Virus record (IMG/VR): IMGVR_UViG_3300023174_000082
Coordinates: 1-64,000 of that record
Origin: a virus
Direction: 5' to 3' (one strand)
Length of the DNA: 64,000 nucleotides
This document shows, piece after piece, positions 1-10,044 of this stretch. The notes under the pieces were generated by a model. The model searched no databases. It was given only the letters and a program-made list of their open reading frames with translations, and was not told the origin of the DNA. The stretch's first letter is position 1. Every line of letters starts with the position of its first letter. The translations under genes were made by a program, and so were the position numbers.

Positions 1-720
1 ACGCACACGGCTGAGATTAGTATTATATCTAGCATAAACACGTGGTCCATCTCCTAGTTCAACAATTCTTTTCATGTAACGCCAATGTTGCTCGTACATC
101 AAGGGCTCGCCACCCACCCAGTAGATTTCTTCTACACGATGTTGTTCAACGGCGGCAGCAAATTCGGCTTCAATTTGACTATCCTGAAATTGGGAGATGC
201 TGTCACGTATATCTGGTTGCATCCAATTGTTTTTTGGATTGCGCCAGTCAACCATGTTGTGAGTCCTTTGCTCAGTTTCCCACGAGCTCGATAACATATC
301 CCCACACATCCTACATTTAAAATTACATAGATTACTAAACCTATAGTCCCATGAGACTGGCTGTAAACTAGTTCGCCCCTCTGCAGTTGTGTTTGATACA
401 ATTTCATCAAATTTATGACCAAAGAGATGCGTGAAATAATCTCTGTATACGCTTGTGTTGAGTAGTTTGTCATTGCATACTTCGCATTCAGGCAGTGTAT
501 GACCAGCCAGCATGCGTCTGCGCACACTTTGCATGTGTTCCGAATTCCAGTGTTCTTCCAAGGTCACGGGAATATAGCGGCCAGTGCCCGACTCAGTGTC
601 TATGTACTGCCGAAAATTCTGTGCAGGCTCGCGACTAGCACAGCACATGCGCCGTTCAGTTTGCGGGCTTAGATAGGTATGCACCCAAGGTGCTAAACAC
701 ATGGTATCGGGTTTATTCAT
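1..720 (-). CDS. Radical SAM protein with N-terminal twitch-like domain (partial, runs off the window start; absent from the ORF track)
   Basis: Manual translation from ATG at 720: MNKPDTMCLAPWVHTYLSPQTERRMCC...ECEVC...WDYRFSNLCNFKCRMCG...WVGGEPL...YNTN. It contains CxxxCxxC and GGEP and showed no stop in the segments translated by hand. Confidence 0.9.
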   Translation of the reverse strand, partial: MNKPDTMCLAPWVHTYLSPQTERRMCCASREPAQNFRQYIDTESGTGRYIPVTLEEHWNSEHMQSVRRRMLAGHTLPECEVCNDKLLNTSVYRDYFTHLFGHKFDEIVSNTTAEGRTSLQPVSWDYRFSNLCNFKCRMCGDMLSSSWETEQRTHNMVDWRNPKNNWMQPDIRDSISQFQDSQIEAEFAAAVEQHRVEEIYWVGGEPLMYEQHWRYMKRIVELGDGPRVYARYNTNLSRVR

Positions 721-1726
721 TTAAAAATTCTAATATGGGATCCAACACCTGTTGCTGGAGCAACTGCTGTGTTACCGCAGAGTCAAAAATCCTGTGCCGA
801 TTGTGCTGGAGTTTTTGTTGCACCGCCGGCTGGTTTAATTGTGCTGTATCAAACTGTTGCACTTGTTGTATAATGAAGTTTAACCGTTGATCAAAGTCAA
901 CAATTGAATCGTAGCTTTCGTCCCATAACTCTGGAAATGTTTCAAATCCAAAACTCTGTATCTCTGCCAGGGTACCTGGAGTTGCTACCACAATAAATGG
1001 ATGTTGCATGGCCATGGGTTTTAGACTCTTTTCACTCACAAACACACCTGACGGGGCAGTGACTGAAATTTCTCCAGGAAATGCGCCAATTGAACTTTCG
1101 CACACCAAGCTCATTGCAGAAAGATGAAACCAGCGTGGGTTAACCTGCCACAAGTGTCCAGCGCCTGTAACATCGTCGGGCATGCTGATTCCCTGGGACA
1201 AATAGCTACGCATTACATCTGCCCCCAAGGGATTCAATGCTCGCCATACTTGGTCTCGCCAGGGTCTTGTGTAGTTGATCATGCACAATGTTTTATACCG
1301 TGCAGTTGGTGTATATGCAATATTGTGATAGTTTAATTTTTCCCAATAATCCCGACAACGCAACCATATCCAGGCAGGCACAGCTTGCACTCGCAAATTG
1401 TCAATTGCGCCAGGTACAGATCCCAAACTAAACAAAAGATGTTGTTGTGGATATTGCTGTAGTAATTCAACCACCCACCACCCTTCAGACGTAAACCAAT
1501 GTTCACTTTTGTTGTCGTAAATTACTCTATAACCAGCTTGAAGGTGACTTTCAAGATACTGTTTGACCCAGTGTTCGCTGAGATAATGATCATACGCAAA
1601 CACTGTGTTATTGGAATATTTTTTAGCAGGGTCAAAAAATTCATAGTCCACAGGAAAATACGCAGACATATTCCTAGGTGCATGTGCGGCATCAAACATC
1701 ATTACCAAATTACTGGTCATAGTCAT
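713..1726 (-). CDS. Putative glycosyltransferase (GT10/GT-B-like C-terminal motif); start uncertain (1720-1732)
   Basis: The motif LVCES..FVSEKSLKPMAMQHPF..GFETF..DESYD resembles the E-x-S/T...TEK motif of GT10-type transferases. Paralog of 5909..7006. Confidence 0.5.
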   Translation of the reverse strand: MTMTSNLVMMFDAAHAPRNMSAYFPVDYEFFDPAKKYSNNTVFAYDHYLSEHWVKQYLESHLQAGYRVIYDNKSEHWFTSEGWWVVELLQQYPQQHLLFSLGSVPGAIDNLRVQAVPAWIWLRCRDYWEKLNYHNIAYTPTARYKTLCMINYTRPWRDQVWRALNPLGADVMRSYLSQGISMPDDVTGAGHLWQVNPRWFHLSAMSLVCESSIGAFPGEISVTAPSGVFVSEKSLKPMAMQHPFIVVATPGTLAEIQSFGFETFPELWDESYDSIVDFDQRLNFIIQQVQQFDTAQLNQPAVQQKLQHNRHRIFDSAVTQQLLQQQVLDPILEFLNE

Positions 1727-2927
1727 AGCCAATTATTTCAGCAAATTCAGGAGCAACTGAACGTAGATTTTGTTTTCTCTTGCGGTCTAAATCGCGTACT
1801 TTCATTCGCAACATAAAGCCGTCTGTTGAAGCGCCGCCATTCATAAAGTCTGTGATTCTATCAAATTCCTCACGATACTGTGTGGGCACATCAGCTGAAC
1901 GTAGATGTTTGGTGATTTCAACTTTGGCAGAGTCTGGCAGTGTGGCAATTGAAAAGTACCAGGCATCATGCATCATGTTCCAGTACACAAAGTCAAACCC
2001 TTGCAGTGCTATCCAATGAGCCAGTTGATCAATGTAACGCACATTAAACACATTCACGGTACTACAGCATTGCAAGCGCAGGTTGGGCAGTTGATCTCGC
2101 AGGTATTGAAAACTTGTAATGGTATCCAGCACCACTGCCCAGTCTGCATTGGTGCGTTGATATTCAAAGCGGGCACCCACATCATCTATTGAGAACGCCA
2201 CTTCTACTGTTTTAAAATGGCGCCAAATGTCCGGACCACGAGCAGGCCATTGTGTGCCGTTTGTGTTGTAGTGTATTTCTACCTGATGTGCAATACCACG
2301 ATCCACAATGCCCTGCAACATGTCAAAGTGTTGATCAATCATGAATGGCTCGCCACCTGTAAATTCAATATAGCGTATGTCATTTAAACAGGCGTCAATT
2401 TCTGTCCAAAATGATTCGTTTTCTCTGGGCCAGGCGCCAGCACGTAGCATTTGATAGGGAAATGTCTTTTTCTTATCGTCATCTGGATGCATGTCATTTA
2501 ATTCTTCTGTGGCAAATTGGCTGCTGCTCCATGATCCGCATATACGACATTTTAAATTGCAGATGTTGCCCAGCTTCAAATCCAAGAACATCAGCGGCTT
2601 GGCCGTGGCAGTCCACTCATCACTTATGCCCATGTGCTTCATTCTGTCCAGGGTGTGCATGCGTTTTGATGTGCGCCCAGCACGTTCTTCATTCCAGCAC
2701 TTGCGACAGGTCTGTGGTTTTTCACCTGCTAGAAACTGTTCACGCAGGCGTGTCATTGCACGTGAGTTTTGTATGTCAGCAAAGTTGGCATTCAACAGTG
2801 AAAACTTAGTGCCTGAATCATCTGTCAGTTCATCATCTGCCAGACAGCATGGGCGTACTGTGCCAATAGGAGAGGCTTCTAACGAAACCCAGGGCAATAC
2901 GCAAAATTGATCGTGTGGTATATTCAT
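1710..2927 (-). CDS. Radical SAM protein with N-terminal twitch-like domain
   Basis: N-terminal FCVLPW..RPCC..CRKC, then CNLKCRIC, FTGGEP, YNTNG and FSID. Confidence 0.92.
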   Translation of the reverse strand: MNIPHDQFCVLPWVSLEASPIGTVRPCCLADDELTDDSGTKFSLLNANFADIQNSRAMTRLREQFLAGEKPQTCRKCWNEERAGRTSKRMHTLDRMKHMGISDEWTATAKPLMFLDLKLGNICNLKCRICGSWSSSQFATEELNDMHPDDDKKKTFPYQMLRAGAWPRENESFWTEIDACLNDIRYIEFTGGEPFMIDQHFDMLQGIVDRGIAHQVEIHYNTNGTQWPARGPDIWRHFKTVEVAFSIDDVGARFEYQRTNADWAVVLDTITSFQYLRDQLPNLRLQCCSTVNVFNVRYIDQLAHWIALQGFDFVYWNMMHDAWYFSIATLPDSAKVEITKHLRSADVPTQYREEFDRITDFMNGGASTDGFMLRMKVRDLDRKRKQNLRSVAPEFAEIIGYDYDQ

Positions 2928-4594
2928 TTTAGTGCCTGTAATTCTGGAATTGTATCCAATATGCTTTCATTTCGTATGGCATCAAGTTCGTTTGTTTTGC
3001 GCCAAAAAGTATCAATTAAATGAGTGTTGTCTGTGCTCATCATGAATTTGATAGCACTTTCAAATCCCACAGTAGCACGTTTTAAATGATCCAATGGACG
3101 CAACCATTCTAGATGTTGTTCAAGTTTGTGTTTGATTTTTTCTTTATACTCTGCTGGAGCAATGTCAATTCTAAAATAAGTAGGATCTTGCAAGATGTTT
3201 ACATTTAGGTCCTGCGCTTTTAACAGGCCTTTTGCAACCCAGTCACGATGAAAGTCTGGCAAGTGCAGCGCATTCATTATACTCAAGGTAGGGCTAATGT
3301 AAAAATCCACTTCGGGGCATGTGGCCAGCATGTCTTTACGATTTTGTTCTACCACAGCCCAGTCTGTGCCCTTGCGTATGTATTCGCCGTAGCGGCCCTG
3401 CCCATCCAAACTGGCACCCACTGCCACTGACTTGAATTGTTTCCAGTAGTCAAATACTGAACGGCCCTTTAGATCAGTATGTGTGAAATTGGTGTTGTAG
3501 ATCAATCGCACATCAAAGCGTTTGCGACGGACCAGTTCGTCTAGAATACGATAGTGTTCTTCCATCAGGAGAGGTTCACCACCCGCAAAGTAGATTTGTT
3601 CCACATGGTCCAGGTGTGGAACAAGTTGTTCCCACATGTCGGTTTCTGTGCGGCCTGCGTAGTTAAGCACAGTGTTGCGAGCTTTCCAGTCTGGACCAGC
3701 CAATTTGGCTTGATCTTGATACCATTGTGAGCTAAAAATATGCCCACATGAACGGCATTTTAAATTGCATAGGTTACTAAAACGAATATCCCAATAGGTC
3801 ATTTCAAATGGATTTTGTTCTAGCTTTTTTATGTGATGTCCGTGATGTTTATTGGCGCTTTGTCGTCCTGAAAAGAATCCTGACTTTTCTTGTTCGTAAC
3901 AACGGCCGCAAGCAGCATTGGGTGTTTCACTCAGCATGTCCTTGCGCAGTCTTTGCATGGGTGCGCCAGTCCATATTTCCTCTAGGGTGTTTGTTCTACA
4001 GTTGCCCACCTGTCCCACACCCATTTCAGCATGGCAACAAGGGTATGCTTCGCCGGTGGGCCAGGCATGCAGATGCACCCAGGGGTACATGCAAAATGTC
4101 TGGCTTTCAGTCAATAAAAATTGCTGTTGTGCGTCAAGTTCATTCAGCTTGATTTTGATAGGATTGGCTGATCCATATTGATAGTGCTCTTGCTTGCTGT
4201 AAGGATATTGATCCAGGCTGATTCTACGAAACTGTCCTGGCTGTTGTTCAAATCTCACTTGTACTGGGTCAGTGCTGAGTGACTTTATGGTTTGCATTTC
4301 TTCAGCAATGTCAGGATTAGTGCTAGAAATAACACAAAAATAATTGCTGATGTCTGTGGCATTCAGCGCCACTTGCACATTCTTTAAAATAATTCCCACT
4401 GAATCAGAATCTTTTACATAGTAATCATGTGTGTGCAAAAACACAATGCGTTGATTTTCTTTGTACACAGTTTGATATAGTTGTCGACACGATTTGTGCA
4501 ACCATTTCACACTTGTTTCATAATCATCAGTCCATTGGGTAAGATCAATTGTTCCAACAACTTCATACTGTGTGCGCAGTTGTTCTGATATCAT
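2924..4594 (-). CDS. Radical SAM protein with twitch-like domain and an extra ~165-aa N-terminal region
   Basis: FCMYPW..YPCC..CGRC, CNLKCRSC, FAGGEP, YNTN and SLDG. Start placed at ATG 4594, which forms an ATGA overlap with the upstream stop. Confidence 0.9.
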   Translation of the reverse strand: MISEQLRTQYEVVGTIDLTQWTDDYETSVKWLHKSCRQLYQTVYKENQRIVFLHTHDYYVKDSDSVGIILKNVQVALNATDISNYFCVISSTNPDIAEEMQTIKSLSTDPVQVRFEQQPGQFRRISLDQYPYSKQEHYQYGSANPIKIKLNELDAQQQFLLTESQTFCMYPWVHLHAWPTGEAYPCCHAEMGVGQVGNCRTNTLEEIWTGAPMQRLRKDMLSETPNAACGRCYEQEKSGFFSGRQSANKHHGHHIKKLEQNPFEMTYWDIRFSNLCNLKCRSCGHIFSSQWYQDQAKLAGPDWKARNTVLNYAGRTETDMWEQLVPHLDHVEQIYFAGGEPLLMEEHYRILDELVRRKRFDVRLIYNTNFTHTDLKGRSVFDYWKQFKSVAVGASLDGQGRYGEYIRKGTDWAVVEQNRKDMLATCPEVDFYISPTLSIMNALHLPDFHRDWVAKGLLKAQDLNVNILQDPTYFRIDIAPAEYKEKIKHKLEQHLEWLRPLDHLKRATVGFESAIKFMMSTDNTHLIDTFWRKTNELDAIRNESILDTIPELQALK

Positions 4595-5922
4595 AAGCTG
4601 TTGTACCATTCTTTTAATTGAGGAAATGCTGTGTGAAAATCTTTTGACCTACGTTGATCGTATTGTGTGTAGAATTGACGGAAATCATTCAGTAATTTAG
4701 GACGATCAAATGCATCAGAATGCGGGGTCTTTACCACATCCAAATAGTCTACTAATCGTTGTAAATGATTCCATTCATGCTCGTGCAAGTAAGAATAACC
4801 TTTGTGTCGCACCATGAAGTCAGCCAGCTGATCGCGATACTTTGTACGTATATCATCAGGCAAGACCAAGGGTGATTGAAATGACGGAAAACGCAGAATA
4901 TTTAATGTGAAACTTATGGCATCACGCCCATACTCCAGCTTCCATTTCACTATGCACTCTAGCAATTGATCCAATGAATCCAAGCACAATGCGTTAATAG
5001 TACACATCACATGTATGCTACGGAACTGCTTGGAACTTAACAAGCGGTTGACATTGTGCATCCAGTCCGCCCAGACGAGCCCGTCACGAATGTATTCGGC
5101 TTGCAGTCCAACGGCTTCGTTTGAAGTGTATATGTCAATTGCCATGCCTTTTGTGCTGGCCAGCAAGCGGTCAATGTCTACGTCTGTGCCTAGGTTACTG
5201 TTGATAGCCAGGCGTGTTGAACTCTTGCCTGAATTTGTTCGAAACCAATCAATGAGCTTCCAGGTGTGCCCAGACATGAGGGGCTCACCACCGGTGATAC
5301 GGAGCTCTTGCAAGGTTCGATGTAGATCCGATTCCCACCACTTAAAAAATGCATCAATGTATGGATTGCTTTCTCCATAATCATATAATTGTGCGCTATC
5401 ATGGGTATGAGTAAAATGGTTGCGGCCATCGGATACCAATTGGGTATATGGTCCATTCCGTTTGATATCGCGTACCCAAGTACTGCTAAAAGCTGGATTG
5501 CAATAGCTGCAAGCAAACTGACAAGTGCGATCAAAAGCGATTTCAAGTGTGCGGAGGTTGACGTCTTCAGTATATGGTGTATTTCTAGCTTCATCTAATG
5601 CTTCTATAGGATATATCCGTGATTTATACACACGGTCAGAAATGGCATCGCGGCCCATGTCTTCAATTTTCCAACAATACTCGCAGCCAGGGGGACGCTC
5701 CCCGTTGATCATTTGTTGGCGATCCGCCTTCTTTTGATCAGTATTGTGCAGTAGCCTAGGGTTGATGCTGACTTTATCACTGTCGATCAAATGAGCTGGT
5801 GGGTGATGACAACTTGTGGTCTGTCCACTTCCTAACCAAATGGTTGCGTTATACCATTTTGCCGCACAAAAGCTGGCTGAGAGAGGGTCTAATACTTGCT
5901 GACGGAACTCAAGATCGTTCAT
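4591..5922 (-). CDS. Radical SAM protein with N-terminal twitch-like domain (SCHH subtype)
   Basis: FCAAKW..SCHHP..CEYCW, CQFACSYC and ITGGEP. Confidence 0.9.
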   Translation of the reverse strand: MNDLEFRQQVLDPLSASFCAAKWYNATIWLGSGQTTSCHHPPAHLIDSDKVSINPRLLHNTDQKKADRQQMINGERPPGCEYCWKIEDMGRDAISDRVYKSRIYPIEALDEARNTPYTEDVNLRTLEIAFDRTCQFACSYCNPAFSSTWVRDIKRNGPYTQLVSDGRNHFTHTHDSAQLYDYGESNPYIDAFFKWWESDLHRTLQELRITGGEPLMSGHTWKLIDWFRTNSGKSSTRLAINSNLGTDVDIDRLLASTKGMAIDIYTSNEAVGLQAEYIRDGLVWADWMHNVNRLLSSKQFRSIHVMCTINALCLDSLDQLLECIVKWKLEYGRDAISFTLNILRFPSFQSPLVLPDDIRTKYRDQLADFMVRHKGYSYLHEHEWNHLQRLVDYLDVVKTPHSDAFDRPKLLNDFRQFYTQYDQRRSKDFHTAFPQLKEWYNSL

Positions 5923-7006
5923 CTAAATACTTTTCTAAATTGATGGGGAGTTGGGCACGTTCCAATCTATTGTGCTCCACTAGGTGCTGTTGATTATATT
6001 TACAGATATCCTGCGTTGCTGTCCAGAATTCAGCAGCACCGTTCTGACAGATCTCGCCAATTGTTGCTATTATACTATCTATTCGGGTGCTTGGGCAATC
6101 AATTTGGTCGTACGATTCGTCAATGTAGTTGTGAAACGTTTGGAATCCTGCGTTGCGCAAGTCTCGCAAGTAACCCCTGTTGGCAGCTGCCACAAATGGG
6201 TGTGCCATTAATATGGGCTTCCATATCTTTTCTGTTCTAAACGAGTGCGGATAGTCAAATATGGTTTCTGTTACCACTGAGAACCAAGTGTCTGTGTAGC
6301 AACGTGGATTAACAATGGCATCGCCCCAGGTATTGCCAAACAAATGATGCTTGCAAAAACTGTGTGCATACGCTGATTCCATGTTGGGCAGGGCACGTTC
6401 AATTTCATATTCTGGGGGCAACAGCCTAATAGGCTCAAGCTGATTGGTTTGTAGAACAGAAGTAAATGCCATTTCAACAGAACTGCCCAGGTTGGTCCAT
6501 AATGCATGATCCAACAGTTGTGATTCACGCAGGCCGTCTAAGAGTGCTTTGCGGTGTGGGCGCAAGCGACCATTTAAAAAAAGAAATTCATAAGGACGCT
6601 GTTGTTTATATTCCGCTTGTAGCTGTGCTGATTTATTTTCTGTGTATTCTACTATGTTTGAAAAGTAACAATCTGTTTTGCAGTAATTCCAGCCTGCACC
6701 CAAGTCGCCTGACGTTAACAGTCCTATACGTCCATCACTCACTAGTTCTGCAATGCGCAGTCGTTTGAGTTGTAGCAGTATGGTTTCTGATCCTTCGGCA
6801 GGGTTGGAGAACACAATGCGTCCAGGGTACTGAGTGGCCCAGTTTGTAATGGTTGACCAGTTGTCTTTCAATATCACGCGGCCAACAACATACACATTGG
6901 CAGGATCCAAGCTGGGCAACTGCCAGAAACTACTGTCAGCATAGGGCTTGAGCAAGTCCCAGACTTCAGCCCATTCGTCAACAATGAGTTTATGTGTTCC
7001 TAGCAT
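5909..7006 (-). CDS. Putative glycosyltransferase (GT10/GT-B-like)
   Basis: FLFLNGRLRPHR and VVTET..RTEKIWKPILMAHPF..GFQTF..DESYD. Paralog of 713..1726. Likely start is MLGTHK at 7006. Confidence 0.5.
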   Translation of the reverse strand: MLGTHKLIVDEWAEVWDLLKPYADSSFWQLPSLDPANVYVVGRVILKDNWSTITNWATQYPGRIVFSNPAEGSETILLQLKRLRIAELVSDGRIGLLTSGDLGAGWNYCKTDCYFSNIVEYTENKSAQLQAEYKQQRPYEFLFLNGRLRPHRKALLDGLRESQLLDHALWTNLGSSVEMAFTSVLQTNQLEPIRLLPPEYEIERALPNMESAYAHSFCKHHLFGNTWGDAIVNPRCYTDTWFSVVTETIFDYPHSFRTEKIWKPILMAHPFVAAANRGYLRDLRNAGFQTFHNYIDESYDQIDCPSTRIDSIIATIGEICQNGAAEFWTATQDICKYNQQHLVEHNRLERAQLPINLEKYLDERS

Positions 7007-8915
7007 GGTACTCGCACTCTGCCCACCAGGCACGCATTTCTGGAAAGGTCTTTAAAAAATCAGTGCCTCTACGGCGATCGTGTTCTGAAAAGAAACGATA
7101 AAAGTCTGCTCGAGCTGCGACGTGGTCCGTACCCTGCCCTGCTCGCATCCATGCAATGTCTCTGTCCAGTCTAGCAATTTCGTAGTCTTTAAACCCGTGA
7201 AATGGATCTTCAGCAGTTTCTGTCCAACGTATCATCCACGCCCACAAGTACTCTAGTCGTTCAGCATATGATTCGGGTAGAATTTGCAAACTCTGCCAAG
7301 CAGGTTCACGCAGTACAGGTGTATCAAACCACACACGCTGATAGGTTTTGCTGTAGGTTTTGCGCAAGCCCAGGATGCCAGCAAACAAGTTTTCCAAGCT
7401 GGTCACACTCAAGTTGTTCATGGTAACAATGAACGTTAAGCTGTTGTAGCTGGGAACTTCAGTCAGGAATTGATTTACTCGGTCCCACAGCAGGTCAAAG
7501 TCCAGGCCGTGGCGCATGTATTCTGCTTGAGAACCCCATCCGTCTAGGCTCACATACTGCATGAAGTGTTCTAGATTGCCTTCCTGGCACAGGCGTTTTA
7601 CGTAGTCTAGATAACGTTGCCATGACTTCTCATCTACAGAAAAGTTACTGGTCACATTCAAGTGCAAATTGGGTTTGGGGTGTTCTAATACGTAATCAAA
7701 CACTCTGTATGTGTTTTTGTCTAATAGCGGTTCGCCGCCGGTCATGCGAAAATGTTCCAATTCAGGATAAAGATCAGGCCACCATTCCCAGAACGCTTCT
7801 ACATAAGGGTTATGCTCTCTAGCCGCAAGTACCCTGCGATCTCCACTAAAATGCCCAGGATCATTGTGAACACGAGCAGTAGGGTAGCCGCCCGATCGGT
7901 CCACTTCTTGTTGCCAGCTGCTAGAGAATTGCGGACTGCAATAACTGCACATGAGATTACACACATTATTAAAATTGACCTCAACGTAGCTAGGGATAAT
8001 ATCATCTGAGTACTCCGAACTGATAATTTTTCCAAAATCTTTAGCAGCCCAACGTTCGCCACTGCGAAAATGCCTGTCACTGAGTTTGCCTTCTGCTTCC
8101 ATGTTCCAGCAATAACTGCATTCAGCCGGGCGACCACCGTTGAGCATTTCACGACGTTGTTCTTTTTTCCACGGCGTGTTATGCAATGCTGACGGATTGC
8201 GTTGTATGGCTTCTATTGGGATTCGGTGCAGGGGAGGGTGATAGCATGAATTGTTCAAACCAGTCTGCAGGTGCAGACTGACTTGTTTCCATTTGGCAAG
8301 ACACATGCCTGGACCAATTTGATTCAATTGCATGCGCATCTTTTCTGCGTCGTCTAGAAACTTGCTTTTAAAGCCTTCTACAATTTTATCGCCGGGGATG
8401 TCTCTCAACAGCGCCGGACGAAATTCCTCAGCTGCCTGGTCAAACACATCACTTGTACACAGCGCCAATTCATCACGCATCATTGCGGCAAACTCTGTGC
8501 TGTCAGTGTCAATGTTTACCACAACATCAGCACCTGTAACATCCACAGGATACTGTTGATAATACCTGTCATGAAACCCAATGGTGCTTAGAGCATTTTC
8601 TTTGGGGTCAGGCATGTTGTTTTCTCTATGTTGTCCGGCCAGTACCCATTCTCTGCGCAGTCCTGCTAGACGATCACACAGAATAACATGCACCTGGTGC
8701 GTGGGCCATAGTGACTTTAGCAATGGTACATTCATGCAGTGTGTTAAGATCACCGGCATGTCTTTGAGCGTGGAATTGTTTTCAGGATATCTGTATGCAG
8801 AATTTTGAGTTTTTAACAAATGATCATAGGTAGTTGCTGGAGCAAAATCACTGACTCCTTGAAGCATTTGGTAGTACCGATTTCCACCGGCACCTAAATA
8901 AAAAGCAATAATCAT
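6990..8915 (-). CDS. Fusion of a degenerate sulfotransferase/P-loop-like N-terminal domain with a twitch-radical SAM domain
   Basis: N-terminal IIAFYLGAGGN, then MCLAKW..SCYHP..CSYCW, CNLMCSYC, MTGGEP and SLDG. Start at ATG 8915, just after a TATAAT box. The radical SAM part is firm; the N-terminal call is tentative. Confidence 0.85.
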   Translation of the reverse strand: MIIAFYLGAGGNRYYQMLQGVSDFAPATTYDHLLKTQNSAYRYPENNSTLKDMPVILTHCMNVPLLKSLWPTHQVHVILCDRLAGLRREWVLAGQHRENNMPDPKENALSTIGFHDRYYQQYPVDVTGADVVVNIDTDSTEFAAMMRDELALCTSDVFDQAAEEFRPALLRDIPGDKIVEGFKSKFLDDAEKMRMQLNQIGPGMCLAKWKQVSLHLQTGLNNSCYHPPLHRIPIEAIQRNPSALHNTPWKKEQRREMLNGGRPAECSYCWNMEAEGKLSDRHFRSGERWAAKDFGKIISSEYSDDIIPSYVEVNFNNVCNLMCSYCSPQFSSSWQQEVDRSGGYPTARVHNDPGHFSGDRRVLAAREHNPYVEAFWEWWPDLYPELEHFRMTGGEPLLDKNTYRVFDYVLEHPKPNLHLNVTSNFSVDEKSWQRYLDYVKRLCQEGNLEHFMQYVSLDGWGSQAEYMRHGLDFDLLWDRVNQFLTEVPSYNSLTFIVTMNNLSVTSLENLFAGILGLRKTYSKTYQRVWFDTPVLREPAWQSLQILPESYAERLEYLWAWMIRWTETAEDPFHGFKDYEIARLDRDIAWMRAGQGTDHVAARADFYRFFSEHDRRRGTDFLKTFPEMRAWWAECEYHARNT

Positions 8916-8921
8916 ATTGGT

Positions 8922-8950
8922 ATTATAACACAAACTCAATCAAACTTCAA
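8922..8950 (-). promoter_or_regulatory. Sigma70-type promoter, probably giving a leaderless mRNA
   Basis: TTGAAG (8950-8945), 17-nt spacer, TATAAT (8927-8922) with a TG extension. The ATG follows after a 6-nt gap. Confidence 0.65.
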
Positions 8951-10021
8951 GTCTGACATCATAAGTTTAGGTTGAGAGATAGTGGCCGAAAGCGATGGCA
9001 TAGAATTTCCGCGCCAGACTTGATATTCTAACTGGGCAGCATGCTCCATGTTTTGTGGGGTGTATGTTAACCCCTGCTGAGGTTGATTGTGATTGACCCA
9101 ATGATTGTAATGCAACAAACACTGATCAATGTTTTGAATCAAACTGGCCTTTTCGCCCAAGGTATGCAGTTTGATAGGAATACCCGACACCAGTATGCCT
9201 TGGTCTTGCAGATCCTGCAAATGAATTCTAGCAGCACCGTATAAATCAATATGCGTGGTCATGAAGTCATTTTCTTCTGCGCTGAATTGATAATCAAAAC
9301 TCACAAGACTCAGCAAGTAATGCATGCGATTCCAGTCAGCCCAGGAAATGTCAAAACGATCATGCCACTTTAGAGGATTGTTGAATTTTCTAAAGCATCC
9401 AAGGTTTACAATAAAATTTTCAATGTTAGGCAAGTCACGTTCGTATTCAAAATAAGCATTTACTGTGAAGTGTGCATCCACCCAGGCCAAGTAATCTTGG
9501 TAGGCTGTGAGATATCTGTCCATTACATCAGGCTGTATGTTTATGCCTTGTTTTTGCAATTCAGCAAACGTTTGATGTTTTTCTTCAAAACTGTAAACGT
9601 TGAGTTTTTTACTTTCAGCGGATATACACCAACTCATTGCGTGTTCGAACAAGTTTTCTCTGCGGGCAGCAATAATATAAAAGTTTTCATTGAGCCACTG
9701 ATAAAAACTCAATTGATCAGACAAACTGTCTCTTCGTTTTTTTATGTGATAGTGCGCCAATCTACTGACCACATCATGCCCACGCGACGAAAGCATTTGA
9801 GTGATAGTGCTTAAACTTTGATGGTATCCCCAAGCATCAGGCTTTTTGCCCAACATGTTTGTTTTGTAATACTCATTGGGATACTCAACCAACCCATTGG
9901 TCAGCTCGTGTAGATTTACTGTGAGTGGGGTTTGGTTTTCGTTTATATTAGCATACACTGTTATCAAGCGTTGCAATAATGTACTGCCCACACGGTCAGG
10001 TGTAAGTATAAGAACGTTCAT
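8936..10021 (-). CDS. Sulfotransferase-like (P-loop) protein
   Basis: N-terminal NVLILTPDRVGSTLLQ resembles the 5'-PSB loop. Later IIAARRENLFEHAMS and FEYE match sulfotransferase-fold landmarks. Confidence 0.55.
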   Translation of the reverse strand: MNVLILTPDRVGSTLLQRLITVYANINENQTPLTVNLHELTNGLVEYPNEYYKTNMLGKKPDAWGYHQSLSTITQMLSSRGHDVVSRLAHYHIKKRRDSLSDQLSFYQWLNENFYIIAARRENLFEHAMSWCISAESKKLNVYSFEEKHQTFAELQKQGINIQPDVMDRYLTAYQDYLAWVDAHFTVNAYFEYERDLPNIENFIVNLGCFRKFNNPLKWHDRFDISWADWNRMHYLLSLVSFDYQFSAEENDFMTTHIDLYGAARIHLQDLQDQGILVSGIPIKLHTLGEKASLIQNIDQCLLHYNHWVNHNQPQQGLTYTPQNMEHAAQLEYQVWRGNSMPSLSATISQPKLMMSDLKFD

Positions 10022-10028
10022 TGGCAAA

Positions 10029-10036
10029 TATTTATA
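10029..10036 (-). promoter_or_regulatory. T4-type late promoter TATAAATA
   Basis: Exact TATAAATA on the minus strand, 7 nt before ATG 10021. Confidence 0.7.
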
Positions 10037-10044
10037 GATACACC

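Noticed and set aside
132-527. 131-aa minus-strand ORF in the track
   Set aside because: It is an out-of-frame shadow of the radical SAM gene 1..720.
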